DNA of 32,000 nucleotides from Candidatus Arthromitus sp. SFB-mouse-Japan (GCF_000270205.1 NC_015913.1:930001-962000), one strand, 5' to 3'. Counted from the stretch's first letter, positions 1 through 9,582 are shown. Notes: generated by a model not told the origin, from the letters alone. Numbers and translations are program-made.

Positions 1-160
1 CTAACTTATCAAATTCCTTACCAATATCTATTAATACCGTAGTTCCTCCAACAAAATCAATACCTATATTGATCCCTCTATAAAAAAATAGAGCAACCCC
101 TATTAATATGGTAATTATAGATATAGAAAACCATACTTTATACTTTTTCGTTATGTTCAT
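1..160 (-). CDS. secF: Protein translocase subunit SecF, N-terminal part (gene runs off the window start)
   Basis: Not in ORF track because it is truncated. Minus-strand ATG at 158-160 with GGAG about 9 nt upstream. Translation MNITKKYKVWFSISIITILIGVALFFYRGINIGIDFVGGTTVLIDIGKEFDKL has the SecF-type TM1 and GIDFxGGT motif. Overlaps the secD 3' end by 23 nt. Confidence 0.85.
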   Translation of the reverse strand, partial: MNITKKYKVWFSISIITILIGVALFFYRGINIGIDFVGGTTVLIDIGKEFDKL

Positions 161-1442
161 CTATAATCACTCCTTCACTTTTCTTATGTTCATTTTCATT
201 AAATCCATAACTCCTTTTAGACCTTAATCCCATATTATAGAAAAGCTCAATCAAAAATCTAGTTATAACTATAGAACTAAACATACTTAGAACTATACCT
301 ATTAATAAAGTTGTTGCAAAACCTTTTACACTACCTGTACCAATAAAATATAAGACTAGACCAGCTATTATAGTTGTAATATTAGAATCTAGGATAGAAT
401 TCATAGCTTTATCAAAACCAATTTTGATAGATATTTTAACTGATTTTCCTTTTTTTAATTCTTCTCTTATCCTCTCAAATATCAAAATATTAGAATCAAT
501 AGCCATTCCCAAAGTTAGTAATATACCCGCTATACCTGGCAATGTTAAAACAGCACCTATAAGTGCAAATACAAATAAAAATAAAATCATGTAAATTGCT
601 AAAGAAAATACAGAAAGAATTCCGGGAAACCTATATCTAATAAACATAATAATTAATATGAAAATGAATCCTATTAAACCAGACTTTATTGTATTTGGGA
701 GAGATTCTGCCCCCAACGTCGGACCAACCTTATTCACGGATATAGTCTTAAGTGTAACTGGCAATGCTCCTGATTGAATAATACTTGCAATTTTATTAGC
801 CTCTTCGAAACTCATCGAACCTTCTATTATTGCTTCTCCATCAGTTATTTGAGTATTAACCACAGGTTTTGTTAATACTTGATCGTCCATGCTTATCTCT
901 ATAGTTTTATTTATATTATTCCCTGTAGCTTCAGCAAATTTCTTTGTTCCTTCATCCGTGAATTTTAATTGTATTATTGCTTTCCCATCCTGCGTTAAAA
1001 CTGCAGTGGCATTTTTAACATCATTACCAGTAAGCAGTACATTTCCTTCTTCATTTTTAAAATTTAACTGACCTGTAGATGTAAGAGTTTTAACTATATC
1101 ATTAGAATCAAATTCGCCTGCAAGATCGATTCTTATACGATTACTCCCCTCTATAGTAACAACAGGTTCACTCAATCCAAATTTATTAACTCTTAAAGAT
1201 AATAACTCTCTAGTATTTTGAAGTGTTTCTTTAGTTATATTTTCATCAACTATCTCTTGTAAAACAGAAACTCCACCTTGAAGATCTAGTCCCTTTTGTA
1301 TAGAATCATTAAAATTTTTAAATTTGTATCCTGAAATTTCAAATCCTTTAAATCCCCAAAATGTACAAAATAAAAATAATAATAACACTAAAATAAAAAT
1401 AAATAGCGAGGATCCTTTCGAAGTAAGTTTATCTTTTTTCAC
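138..1442 (-). CDS. secD: Protein translocase subunit SecD
   Basis: ORF 138..1457. Periplasmic domain plus C-terminal 6-TM block (LGPTLG, GIAGILLTLGMAIDSNILIFERIREE) typical of SecD. Preferred start is GTG at 1440-1442, 6 nt downstream of GGAGG (1449-1453), rather than the TTG used by the ORF track. Confidence 0.9.
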   Translation of the reverse strand: MKKDKLTSKGSSLFIFILVLLLFLFCTFWGFKGFEISGYKFKNFNDSIQKGLDLQGGVSVLQEIVDENITKETLQNTRELLSLRVNKFGLSEPVVTIEGSNRIRIDLAGEFDSNDIVKTLTSTGQLNFKNEEGNVLLTGNDVKNATAVLTQDGKAIIQLKFTDEGTKKFAEATGNNINKTIEISMDDQVLTKPVVNTQITDGEAIIEGSMSFEEANKIASIIQSGALPVTLKTISVNKVGPTLGAESLPNTIKSGLIGFIFILIIMFIRYRFPGILSVFSLAIYMILFLFVFALIGAVLTLPGIAGILLTLGMAIDSNILIFERIREELKKGKSVKISIKIGFDKAMNSILDSNITTIIAGLVLYFIGTGSVKGFATTLLIGIVLSMFSSIVITRFLIELFYNMGLRSKRSYGFNENEHKKSEGVIIDEHNEKV

Positions 1443-1486
1443 AATATACCTCCTCAAATAAACTTATCTCTATAGTAATAATTTTA

Positions 1487-2875
1487 TTAGTTAGTTACTT
1501 TTTCTTTAGATTTTTCATAGGCCTTCAATGCTATGGCCATTTCAATTCTTTTTTTCTGCAATGCACATCCTATCTTATATGGGCTTAATATTGAATTTGT
1601 AAATTCATGATTATTAGCCTGACAACCACCACTACAATAAAACCTTGCCCAACACTTATTACAATCTTCTTTTTTATATATGTTAGCATCTTTGAACTCA
1701 CTTACAATCTGTGGTTCTGTTATTTTATCCTTATATAAAGAATTAATATTTCCAATAATAAACTCTTTCTTGCCAACAAATTGATGACATGGATAAATAT
1801 CTCCACTTGGAGTAATAGCTATATATTCAAATCCAGCACCACATGCAGAAACTCTTTTATAAACACAAGGACCGCCTTGCAAATTTATATTATAATGATA
1901 AAAATTAACATTCTTACCTTTATCAATAGAGTCCCTTAAATATCTATAAATTTTATCATATTCATCATAAATTTGCTCTAAATCTTCAAAACGTATAGAT
2001 ATTTCTGTATCTTCCTTAACAACAACTGGTTCAAGAGAAATTTCTTTAAATCCCTTATCAGCTAGATGTAAAAAATCATTTGAAAAATCCAAATTTTGAT
2101 GCGTATAAGTACCCCTTACGTAATACTCTTTCCCTTCCTCTCTTCCTTCCACAAGTTTCTTAATCTTATCAATTATAATATCATAAGAGCCTGTTCCTAC
2201 TGCTGTTAATCTCATATTATCATTTACTTCTTTTCTACCATCTATTGACAATATTATATTTTTCATATTCTTATTTAAATATTCAATAATTTCATCATTT
2301 AATAAAATCCCATTTGTTGTTAAGGTAAATCTTATATTTTTATTGACCTTTTTCTCTATGCTTCTTGCATACTCAACTAATTGTTTTATCATATCAAATG
2401 CCATAAGCGGTTCACCACCAAATAAATCAACTTCAATATTATATCTTGGTCCACTTTGACTTATCAAAAAATCCAATGCTCTCTTGGCAACATCCAGAGT
2501 CATAATTTCCCTTTTACCCTTGTACTCTCCCTCATCAGCAAAACAGTATTTACACTTTAAATTACAATCATGAACAACATTTAAACACATGGCCTTCATA
2601 TATTCTTGTTCATTATTTATTTTAACTTTTTCTTCATACATATCTTTAGTATATAATATATTATCACTAATTAACTCTTCTATCTCTGATAAAACTTCCT
2701 CTAAATCAGCTTCAGAATATTTATTTTCAAACCTTCTAACAGCCTCACTTAATGTAAGAGGCTCGTTCGCATCTAATACATCATAAGTAATCTCATCAAT
2801 TTCCATAAGAGACCCTGTATTAACATCCAAAACATATCTGAAATCATCTATAAAAAATTTATGAATTAACTCCAT
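1487..2875 (-). CDS. scfB: Radical SAM/SPASM thioether cross-link-forming SCIFF peptide maturase
   Basis: 462 aa. CxxxCxxC radical SAM cluster motif (CNLKCKYC) and C-terminal SPASM Cys-rich region (CNKCWARFYCSGGCQANN). N-terminus (FRYVLDVNTGSLMEIDEITYDVL) resembles SCIFF maturases. A SCIFF precursor lies directly upstream. Confidence 0.85.
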   Translation of the reverse strand: MELIHKFFIDDFRYVLDVNTGSLMEIDEITYDVLDANEPLTLSEAVRRFENKYSEADLEEVLSEIEELISDNILYTKDMYEEKVKINNEQEYMKAMCLNVVHDCNLKCKYCFADEGEYKGKREIMTLDVAKRALDFLISQSGPRYNIEVDLFGGEPLMAFDMIKQLVEYARSIEKKVNKNIRFTLTTNGILLNDEIIEYLNKNMKNIILSIDGRKEVNDNMRLTAVGTGSYDIIIDKIKKLVEGREEGKEYYVRGTYTHQNLDFSNDFLHLADKGFKEISLEPVVVKEDTEISIRFEDLEQIYDEYDKIYRYLRDSIDKGKNVNFYHYNINLQGGPCVYKRVSACGAGFEYIAITPSGDIYPCHQFVGKKEFIIGNINSLYKDKITEPQIVSEFKDANIYKKEDCNKCWARFYCSGGCQANNHEFTNSILSPYKIGCALQKKRIEMAIALKAYEKSKEKVTN

Positions 2876-2900
2876 AATACTATCTATTCCTCCATATCAT

Positions 2901-2935
2901 ATAAAAAATAAATAGACCGATCAAATCAGCCTATT
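2901..2935 (-). terminator. Intrinsic terminator/attenuator-like hairpin between SCIFF precursor and maturase
   Basis: On the minus-strand RNA, AAUAGGCUGA-uuuga-UCGGUCUAUU forms a 10 bp stem including 2 G-U pairs (2911-2935), followed by UAUUUUUUAU (2901-2910). It sits between the scfA stop (2972) and the scfB start (2875). Confidence 0.55.
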
Positions 2936-2971
2936 AAAATAATCTCAAAAAATAATCTATATATACCTCAC

Positions 2972-3109
2972 TTATTTTTCACAAACTATATTAGCTACTG
3001 TGCACGAAGTCTTACATGCAGATTGACAAGAATTTGCACATTCCTTACAATTTGTATCTTTTAATGTATCTTTTATTGTATTTTTAACCAAAATTTTAAT
3101 ATGTTTCAC
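2972..3109 (-). CDS. scfA: SCIFF (six cysteines in forty-five residues) ribosomal peptide precursor
   Basis: Absent from ORF track (short, GTG start). GTG at 3107-3109 preceded by GGGAGGT. Translation is (M)KHIKILVKNTIKDTLKDTNCKECANSCQSACKTSCTVANIVCEK. It is exactly 45 aa with 6 Cys in the C-terminal half and TAA at 2972-2974. Confidence 0.9.
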   Translation of the reverse strand: MKHIKILVKNTIKDTLKDTNCKECANSCQSACKTSCTVANIVCEK

Positions 3110-3140
3110 TAAACTTACCTCCCAAAATGAACTCCGGAAA

Positions 3141-3146
3141 ATTATA
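3141..3146 (-). promoter_or_regulatory. Candidate -10 box (TATAAT) for scfA-scfB
   Basis: Minus strand reads TGTTATAAT about 30 nt upstream of the scfA RBS. No convincing -35 was found. Confidence 0.3.
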
Positions 3147-3204
3147 ACATATTTGTTTTCTAAAATCTAGAATTATTATTTTTTATAAAACCTCCTTATA
3201 GCAT

Positions 3205-3238
3205 AAAAAAGTTCGATAGAATTACAATTCTATCGAAC
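3205..3238 (-). terminator. Rho-independent terminator of the 629-aa secreted protein gene
   Basis: Perfect inverted repeat GTTCGATAGAATT / AATTCTATCGAAC (3211-3238), followed on the minus strand by TTTTTT (A-run 3205-3210 on plus). Confidence 0.8.
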
Positions 3239-3366
3239 TACGAACATTTATTTAAAATATCAATTCTATTATCTTACTCGATAAATTATTATTCAAATAT
3301 TCGTCCTTTGCTGAAAAAAATCTTTGTTAAATAACTATTCACATCTTTTGGTAAATCCTTTATTAT

Positions 3367-5256
3367 TTACCACATTCTCCTATCAATATTAGATTTAAAT
3401 AATTCTTTACATCTATTGATAAATTCTTCTTCGTTAACCATTCTATTAGCAATTTGTGATAAAGATACTGATTCAGTATTTCCATTAGCAAGTAAAGAAT
3501 TATACTCATCTAACCAAAATTTCAAACCTTCTTCATCAGGATTTCTTCCTAAAATTACTCCATAAAACGCTTCTATCTTTTCTTCTGCTGTATCGTATCT
3601 ATCTATAAATTCTTTTTCAGTCAAAATATTCAATACAAAAGTTTGAGGAGATACAGTTTTACTTTCGATGTTTTTATACCAATATGCAAAACCCACTTCA
3701 TCTGGATGTCTACCCATAGATTTTTTATACACATCTACTACAAACTCCCCAATTGAATTCCTAGGCATACCAGCTCTAAAAAATGTAATATTCACAATTT
3801 TTTTTACATTCTTATTATCTACATAAGTAAGAGACAAATTTTTATATTCCTTGTCTGGAACAAGACCTTCTAATTTAAGTATTGATCCGTCAAAAGATAC
3901 GCTTATACCCTCAATACCAACTGAAAAATCTTTTCCTGTCTTAAAACTTTCTAGTAAAGATTCATCAGTAATATTAACTGCTATGCTTACATCATTCAAT
4001 CTCACTACATCAGAAGATAGTATACTAATTATACGATTATTAGAACTTTCACTACCCATATCTGAAAGAGTTTCAAAAGTTTCTTTTGAAATCTCATTTC
4101 CTAAATTATCTCTTAAAGTAGCAGTATAAGTTGTATTAGGTAACAAATTATTTATCGTATAAGATTTTCTATCTCCTTCTTTTCCTTCTAATATAAGCAT
4201 TTCTTTAATAATTCCTGAACCATCTTTAATCTCAAGAGTCAATGGATACTGCCTCTTCCCATTTTTATCATTACCATTTGTACCAAAAAAAACACTTAAA
4301 CTTACACTATCATGCGTTAAATTTGCACGCTCTAAATTAAAAGTATTAAAATTTAAAATATTAGCATATATAATAAACTGATTTTCTTGTTCATCAGTAT
4401 AGTCAATATCAGGTATTAAATTATAAGTATATCCCCCATCTAAATCGATTATTTTTCCATCTTCTACAGATTTAAATTCCATATTTCCTGATTTTTCAAG
4501 ATCTAAGTTCATAGTACCCATATGTTTTTGAGTAGAAAGGAAACACTGAATAAGTAAATTCAAATTATTAGAAAAATCAACAGGTGATTTTAATACAGCA
4601 GACATATCTATATAATCTTGTCCAACAATCTTCGATGTGGATTCCACAACAAAATTATTATTACTAGATACTGGATTTAAAAAACCATTAAAAATTTTAT
4701 TTGAAGTAAATACTAGCTGCACATTATCTACTCTATCAATTATAGGTTGATCTATTAAATCATTTTGAATCTCTATACCTTTAATATTAATAGGAGTATT
4801 CAAGGTTTCTGCTTTTAATAAAGATCCCTCTTTTCCCCCACCTCTAATTATTCTAAATCTATTCGGATCATTAACTATAAGATCAGCTTCTATTACTAAA
4901 ATTCCTTTTCCATAAATTTCAAAATTGATATAATCTTCATTATTAATTTTTGCTTTAATAGCTTCTATAATCTTTTTAGTTAACTTAAACTGCTCGGTAA
5001 CTGCAAATTCTGAATGCTCACTCAAATATTTAATAAACTCTTCTTCTGTTGTAGCACTATTAACCAATATCGGACCCTCTTCACTCGGTAATGGTTTAGA
5101 TTCTTCACTTTCATTACTATCTCCATCTCTTAATAGAATAGATCTAAGATTGACATTTTTAAAATCTTTTGATTCTACATTATGTGAAAAATTAGGACAT
5201 AAAAACGCAATTGAAACAATAGCTAAAACTAATTTTAGAATTTTTTTAGATAACAT
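3367..5256 (-). CDS. Secreted protein of unknown function with two C-terminal DUF4214-like repeats
   Basis: 629 aa. N-terminal signal peptide (MLSKKILKLVLAIVSIAFLC...). Central segments resemble Ig/Fn3-like beta modules (YTINNLLPNTTYTATL; LKLEGLVPDKEYKNLSLTY). The C-terminus carries two copies of a GRxPDxxGxxxW motif (MGRHPDEVGFAYWYKNI, LGRNPDEEGLKFWLDEY), as in DUF4214. RBS AAGGAG. Confidence 0.6.
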   Translation of the reverse strand: MLSKKILKLVLAIVSIAFLCPNFSHNVESKDFKNVNLRSILLRDGDSNESEESKPLPSEEGPILVNSATTEEEFIKYLSEHSEFAVTEQFKLTKKIIEAIKAKINNEDYINFEIYGKGILVIEADLIVNDPNRFRIIRGGGKEGSLLKAETLNTPINIKGIEIQNDLIDQPIIDRVDNVQLVFTSNKIFNGFLNPVSSNNNFVVESTSKIVGQDYIDMSAVLKSPVDFSNNLNLLIQCFLSTQKHMGTMNLDLEKSGNMEFKSVEDGKIIDLDGGYTYNLIPDIDYTDEQENQFIIYANILNFNTFNLERANLTHDSVSLSVFFGTNGNDKNGKRQYPLTLEIKDGSGIIKEMLILEGKEGDRKSYTINNLLPNTTYTATLRDNLGNEISKETFETLSDMGSESSNNRIISILSSDVVRLNDVSIAVNITDESLLESFKTGKDFSVGIEGISVSFDGSILKLEGLVPDKEYKNLSLTYVDNKNVKKIVNITFFRAGMPRNSIGEFVVDVYKKSMGRHPDEVGFAYWYKNIESKTVSPQTFVLNILTEKEFIDRYDTAEEKIEAFYGVILGRNPDEEGLKFWLDEYNSLLANGNTESVSLSQIANRMVNEEEFINRCKELFKSNIDRRMW

Positions 5257-5294
5257 ATATCTTCTCCTTAAACTAAAATATAAATCACATAAAT

Positions 5295-5323
5295 ATTGTA
5301 ATATATTTGTAAACTTTTTTCAA
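5295..5323 (-). promoter_or_regulatory. Sigma-A type promoter of the 629-aa gene
   Basis: Minus strand: TTGAAA (5318-5323), 17 nt spacer, TACAAT (5295-5300). About 40 nt upstream of the start codon. Confidence 0.5.
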
Positions 5324-5341
5324 TAACAATTTAAAACACTT

Positions 5342-5383
5342 ATAAAATAAAAGAGGACATTAAAACAACAAACATCCTCTTTT
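5342..5383 (-). terminator. Terminator after yajC
   Basis: AAAAGAGGA (5349-5357) pairs with TCCTCTTTT (5375-5383) around a 17-nt loop, with a U-rich tract downstream on the minus strand. Directly after the yajC stop. Confidence 0.5.
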
Positions 5384-5386
5384 AAA

Positions 5387-5692
5387 CTACGAATTATCAG
5401 ATTTAATATCAATCTTTTCTACAGACTCAACTACTATAGTTCCTATAGAATTTTTCAAAAAAGTCATTCTTGTCCTATCAGGAGCAGTCTCTAAAACAAC
5501 CTCATTTTTATCATTATCTATAGATATAACCTTAGCAACAACTCCACCTCTAGTAATAACCTTATCATTAACTTTTATATTATCAAGCATCGATTGATAC
5601 TTCTTTCGTCTTCTCGTCTCTGGAAGTATCATTATTACATACAAGATTATTAAAAATCCTATAGGTATAAGTAGATTAACAAAAGAACTCAT
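5387..5692 (-). CDS. yajC: Preprotein translocase subunit YajC
   Basis: 101 aa. Single N-terminal TM followed by RRRKKYQSML..VITRGGVVAKV, the YajC signature. Conserved position after tgt. Confidence 0.9.
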   Translation of the reverse strand: MSSFVNLLIPIGFLIILYVIMILPETRRRKKYQSMLDNIKVNDKVITRGGVVAKVISIDNDKNEVVLETAPDRTRMTFLKNSIGTIVVESVEKIDIKSDNS

Positions 5693-5705
5693 AAAAAATC
5701 TCCTT

Positions 5706-6833
5706 TTAGCGTATTCCCCATTCTCTAAACTTTTGATTCTTAAATGCAGAGAATTGATTTAATTCAATAGATTTTCTAATTTCTTCTAATAGTTTATTAT
5801 AAAAATTCAAATTATGCAATACACATAATCTCATAGCAAGCATTTCTTTAGCCTTAAATAAATGGCGTATATATGCTCTAGAATAATTTTTACATGCCTC
5901 ACAAAAACATTTTTCATCAATAGGATTATCATCAAGTTCAAATTTTTTATTGGTCAAATTAACTTTACCTGTACTAGTAAAAACTTGACCATGTCTACCA
6001 TTCCTCGCTGGCAATACACAATCAAAAAAATCTACCCCCCTGTATACTGCCTCTAGAATATTTTCAGGTGTACCTACACCCATCAAATATATAGGTCTAT
6101 CTACGGGCAAATATGGTACCACTTCCTCTATAACGTTATACATTTCCTCTTTGGTTTCCCCAACTGCTAGTCCACCTATAGCATAACCAGATAAGTCCAA
6201 ATCAGATATCTCTTTCGCATGCTCAATTCTTATATCATTATATATTCCACCCTGATTAATCCCAAATAACAACTGTTTACTATTAATAGTATCCGCCATA
6301 TTATTTAACATATTTAATCTAGTTATGCACCTCTTTAACCATCTAGTAGTACGGGAAACAGAATTAATAACATAGCTTCTCTCAGATGGATTTGGTATGC
6401 ATTCATCAAAAGCCATAGCTATAGTTGAGGCTAAATTACTTTGTATTCTCATGCTCTCTTCTGGACCAATAAAAATCTTTTTACCATCTAAATGCGAATT
6501 AAACTCTACTCCATCTTCTGTTATTTTCCTTAAATTAGAAAGCGAAAAAATCTGAAAACCACCTGAATCAGTTAAAATCGGCTTATCCCAATTCATAAAT
6601 TTATGTAAACCACCTAATTTTTTCACATTTTCATCACCAGGTCTAATATGTAAATGATAAGTATTAGATAATTCTACTTGACAATTTATTTTATTTAAAT
6701 CTACTGTCGAAATAGCCCCTTTAATCACACCCAAAGTTCCTACATTCATAAAAACTGGAGTCTGTATTATACCATGTACTGTTTTAAATTCACCACGTCT
6801 AGCCCTACCATCTACATTTAACAATCTATACAT
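5706..6833 (-). CDS. tgt: Queuine tRNA-ribosyltransferase
   Basis: ARRGEFKTVHGIIQTPVFMNVGT, LTDSGGFQ, and the zinc-site CxCxxC...H region (CFCEACKNYSRAYIRHL). Start moved to the ATG at 6831-6833, 7 nt after GGAGG. The ORF-track start adds 8 unlikely residues. Confidence 0.95.
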   Translation of the reverse strand: MYRLLNVDGRARRGEFKTVHGIIQTPVFMNVGTLGVIKGAISTVDLNKINCQVELSNTYHLHIRPGDENVKKLGGLHKFMNWDKPILTDSGGFQIFSLSNLRKITEDGVEFNSHLDGKKIFIGPEESMRIQSNLASTIAMAFDECIPNPSERSYVINSVSRTTRWLKRCITRLNMLNNMADTINSKQLLFGINQGGIYNDIRIEHAKEISDLDLSGYAIGGLAVGETKEEMYNVIEEVVPYLPVDRPIYLMGVGTPENILEAVYRGVDFFDCVLPARNGRHGQVFTSTGKVNLTNKKFELDDNPIDEKCFCEACKNYSRAYIRHLFKAKEMLAMRLCVLHNLNFYNKLLEEIRKSIELNQFSAFKNQKFREWGIR

Positions 6834-6857
6834 AATCATCCTCCAAAGATACATCAA

Positions 6858-7881
6858 TCAAATTATAATCATACTATCACCAAAACTAAAAAATCTATAA
6901 TTATTTAATATTGCTTTTTCATATATAGTTAATATTTTTTCTCTATTATAAAATGCGCTAATTAATATGATGAGTGTAGATTTAGGTAAATGAAAATTAG
7001 TTATTAATGAATCAATAGCTTTAAATTTATATCCTGGTTTTATAAATATATCTGTATATCCCTTATCCCCTATACATTTGCCATTTCTAGTAAATACAGT
7101 TTCGAGAACCCTAACAGTAGTAGTTCCAACAGATATAATTTTATTTCCTCTAGACTTTGCGAAATTAATAACTTCAGCAGTATAATCACTAATTTCATAA
7201 TACTCAGAATGCATAAAATGATCACTTAATATTTTTAGTTTTAACATGCATAAATGTCCCTAAACCAACATGTAATGTTACATAAACGATTTTTACACCT
7301 TTATTTTTTATTCTACACAATAATTCCTTCGTAAAATGAAGACCAGCCGTAGGTGCCGCAATTGATCCCATTTTATCTGAGTATACAGTTTGATATCTTT
7401 CTTTATCATACAATACTTCTTTTATATATGGTGGTATCGGAATATCCCCATTCCTATTCAATACATCATATATATTACCATCATAAATAAGTTCAACAAT
7501 CCTATTTCCATCTGGTTTTATGCCTATTACGGTAGCTTCAATTTCACCATTTCCAAAATGAAATTTTTTACCAATAGAAGCTCTTTTCCCAGGCTTACAC
7601 ATAACCTCCCAAATTCTTCCTTCTATATTTTTAACTAATAAAAACTCTATTTTACCTCCGTAACTACTTACCCCATAAATCCTAGCAGGTACAACCCTCG
7701 TATCATTTAAAACCAATACATCATCTTTCTCCATATAATTAACTACATTAAAAAATTCACTATGTACAACACTATCTTCTTTTCTGTTAACAATCATTAA
7801 TTTAGACGATTCCCTATTTTCTAATGGTTTTTGAGCTATAAGTCTATCTGGTAAATTAAAATCAAATAAATCTATATCCAT
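6858..7881 (-). pseudogene. queA: S-adenosylmethionine:tRNA ribosyltransferase-isomerase QueA, split by a 1-nt frameshift
   Basis: ORFs 7222..7881 (N-terminal 219 aa, ends ..VTLHVGLGTFMHVKTKNIK*) and 6858..7247 (C-terminal, ..LKLKILSDHFMHSEYYEIS..) together make a full-length QueA. Removing one A from GTTAAAACT (T-run 7239-7242 on plus) restores GTFMHVKLKILSDHFMHSEYY. That gives the same 12-residue F-to-MHSEY spacing as E. coli QueA. Confidence 0.85.
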
Positions 7882-7896
7882 AAATCACTCCATATT

Positions 7897-8886
7897 TCAT
7901 CTGTTAATATTAAAGTATTTATATGTCTTATCAGTTACAATTCTACCCCTAGGTGTCCTAATTATGAAACCTTGTTGTATAAGAAATGGTTCATATACAT
8001 CTTCTAATGTACTGATTTCTTCTGATAAAAAATGTGCTATAGTTTCAATTCCTGTGGGACCACCTTTAAAATTAAAAACTAAAGCCTCTAAAATTCTCTT
8101 ATCTATTTTATCTAATCCAAATTCATCAATTTCTAAAAGATCTAGAGAGTGTCTAGCTAAATCTATATCAACTAAATTATTTTTCTTGACTTGTGCAAAA
8201 TCACGTACTCTTTTTAAAATTCTATTAGCAACCCTCGGCGTACCTCTGGAACATTTTGCTATTTCAAGAGCTGCATCATCAGTTATTTCCATAAATAAAA
8301 TTTTAGACGACCTTATTATTATTTCCTTCAACTCATCATTTGTATAATAATCCATTGGTAATAATACACCAAATCTATCTCTTAAAGGTGAAGTTAAAAG
8401 TCCTAATCTAGTAGTAGCTCCAACCAATGTAAACTTAGCCAAATCTATTCTTATAGACTTCGCTTGTGGCCCTTTACCTATAATAATATCCAAAGCGTAA
8501 TCTTCCATAGCACTATATAAAATTTCTTCAACTGTTCGACTTAATCTATGTATTTCATCTATAAATAATATCTCCTTTTCCTCAAGTGATGTCAATATAG
8601 CAGCTAAATCTCCAGGCTTTTCAATTGCTGGACCCGAAGTTATTCTAATGCTACTATTCATTTCTTTGGAAATAATACTAGCAAGTGTGGTTTTCCCAAG
8701 TCCTGGTGGGCCATAAAATAAAACATGATCTAATGCATCACCTCTCATATTTGCTGCTTCAATAAATACTTTTAAATTACTTTTAACTTTACTCTGACCT
8801 ATATATTCATTAAAATTTACAGGTCTTAAACTATACTCCTTTGAATCATTCATAGAAAATGATGTGTTAACTAATCTACCATCCAT
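7897..8886 (-). CDS. ruvB: Holliday junction branch migration helicase RuvB
   Basis: Walker [10 protein letters not shown], Walker B FIDEIHRL, RuvB C-terminal winged helix. Ends with TGA at the usual C-terminus. Confidence 0.95.
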   Translation of the reverse strand: MDGRLVNTSFSMNDSKEYSLRPVNFNEYIGQSKVKSNLKVFIEAANMRGDALDHVLFYGPPGLGKTTLASIISKEMNSSIRITSGPAIEKPGDLAAILTSLEEKEILFIDEIHRLSRTVEEILYSAMEDYALDIIIGKGPQAKSIRIDLAKFTLVGATTRLGLLTSPLRDRFGVLLPMDYYTNDELKEIIIRSSKILFMEITDDAALEIAKCSRGTPRVANRILKRVRDFAQVKKNNLVDIDLARHSLDLLEIDEFGLDKIDKRILEALVFNFKGGPTGIETIAHFLSEEISTLEDVYEPFLIQQGFIIRTPRGRIVTDKTYKYFNINR

Positions 8887-8890
8887 AACA

Positions 8891-9490
8891 TCACCTCATC
8901 AAACTTTTCAAACACTCTTTTATTATAAATTCTAATGATTTATCAGAAAACTCTTCTACCACTTGATCCAAGACTTTATTTATACTCTTTTCATCAAATC
9001 CTAAAGATAACAATGCCTCCCGTGACTCAGTTAAAATACTGCTAGATTTATAGTCAACACTAATTTGACTAACTCTATCAGGTACTGCTAGCGATATCTT
9101 ATCTTTTAGTTCAAGTATTATACGTTGTGCTGTTTTTTTCCCAACACCATTTGCTTTCATCAATACAGATTCATCAGAATAATAAATTGCTTCTCTCAAT
9201 GTATCCACAGTATTAATAGACAATATCGCTAATGCAGCTTTAGATCCAACTCCATTTATATTTATTAACTTTAAGAACATTTCTAATTCATATTGATTTA
9301 TAAATCCATATAAACCTATAAAATCTTGTCTCACTATCTGTTCAACATAAAGTCTAACCTTACTATCTATATTTGGCATTGAATAAATACTGTTACCCGA
9401 AGTAAAAATCCTATATCCAATACCTTGATTTTCTATAATTACATAATCTTTATTTAAACCTCTATATATTCCCTCTATATATTCATACAT
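8891..9490 (-). CDS. ruvA: Holliday junction DNA-binding protein RuvA
   Basis: 199 aa. N-terminal OB-like [16 protein letters not shown], HhH motifs ([30 protein letters not shown]). Adjacent to ruvB. Confidence 0.95.
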   Translation of the reverse strand: MYEYIEGIYRGLNKDYVIIENQGIGYRIFTSGNSIYSMPNIDSKVRLYVEQIVRQDFIGLYGFINQYELEMFLKLININGVGSKAALAILSINTVDTLREAIYYSDESVLMKANGVGKKTAQRIILELKDKISLAVPDRVSQISVDYKSSSILTESREALLSLGFDEKSINKVLDQVVEEFSDKSLEFIIKECLKSLMR

Positions 9491-9582
9491 ACAACATGAC
9501 CTTTTTTAATTTTAAAATTAATTATTATATACTAAATTTACCATTCGTATTAATTTTTTTCAACTAAAGTTAATCAAATTAT

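Noticed and set aside
9491-9582. SOS (LexA/Cheo box) upstream of ruvA, and CIRCE/CtsR-type heat-shock operators upstream of hslO and htrA
   Set aside because: No GAAC-N4-GTTC-type palindrome, TTAGCACTC-N9-GAGTGCTAA element or GGTCAAA direct repeat was seen in these upstream regions.
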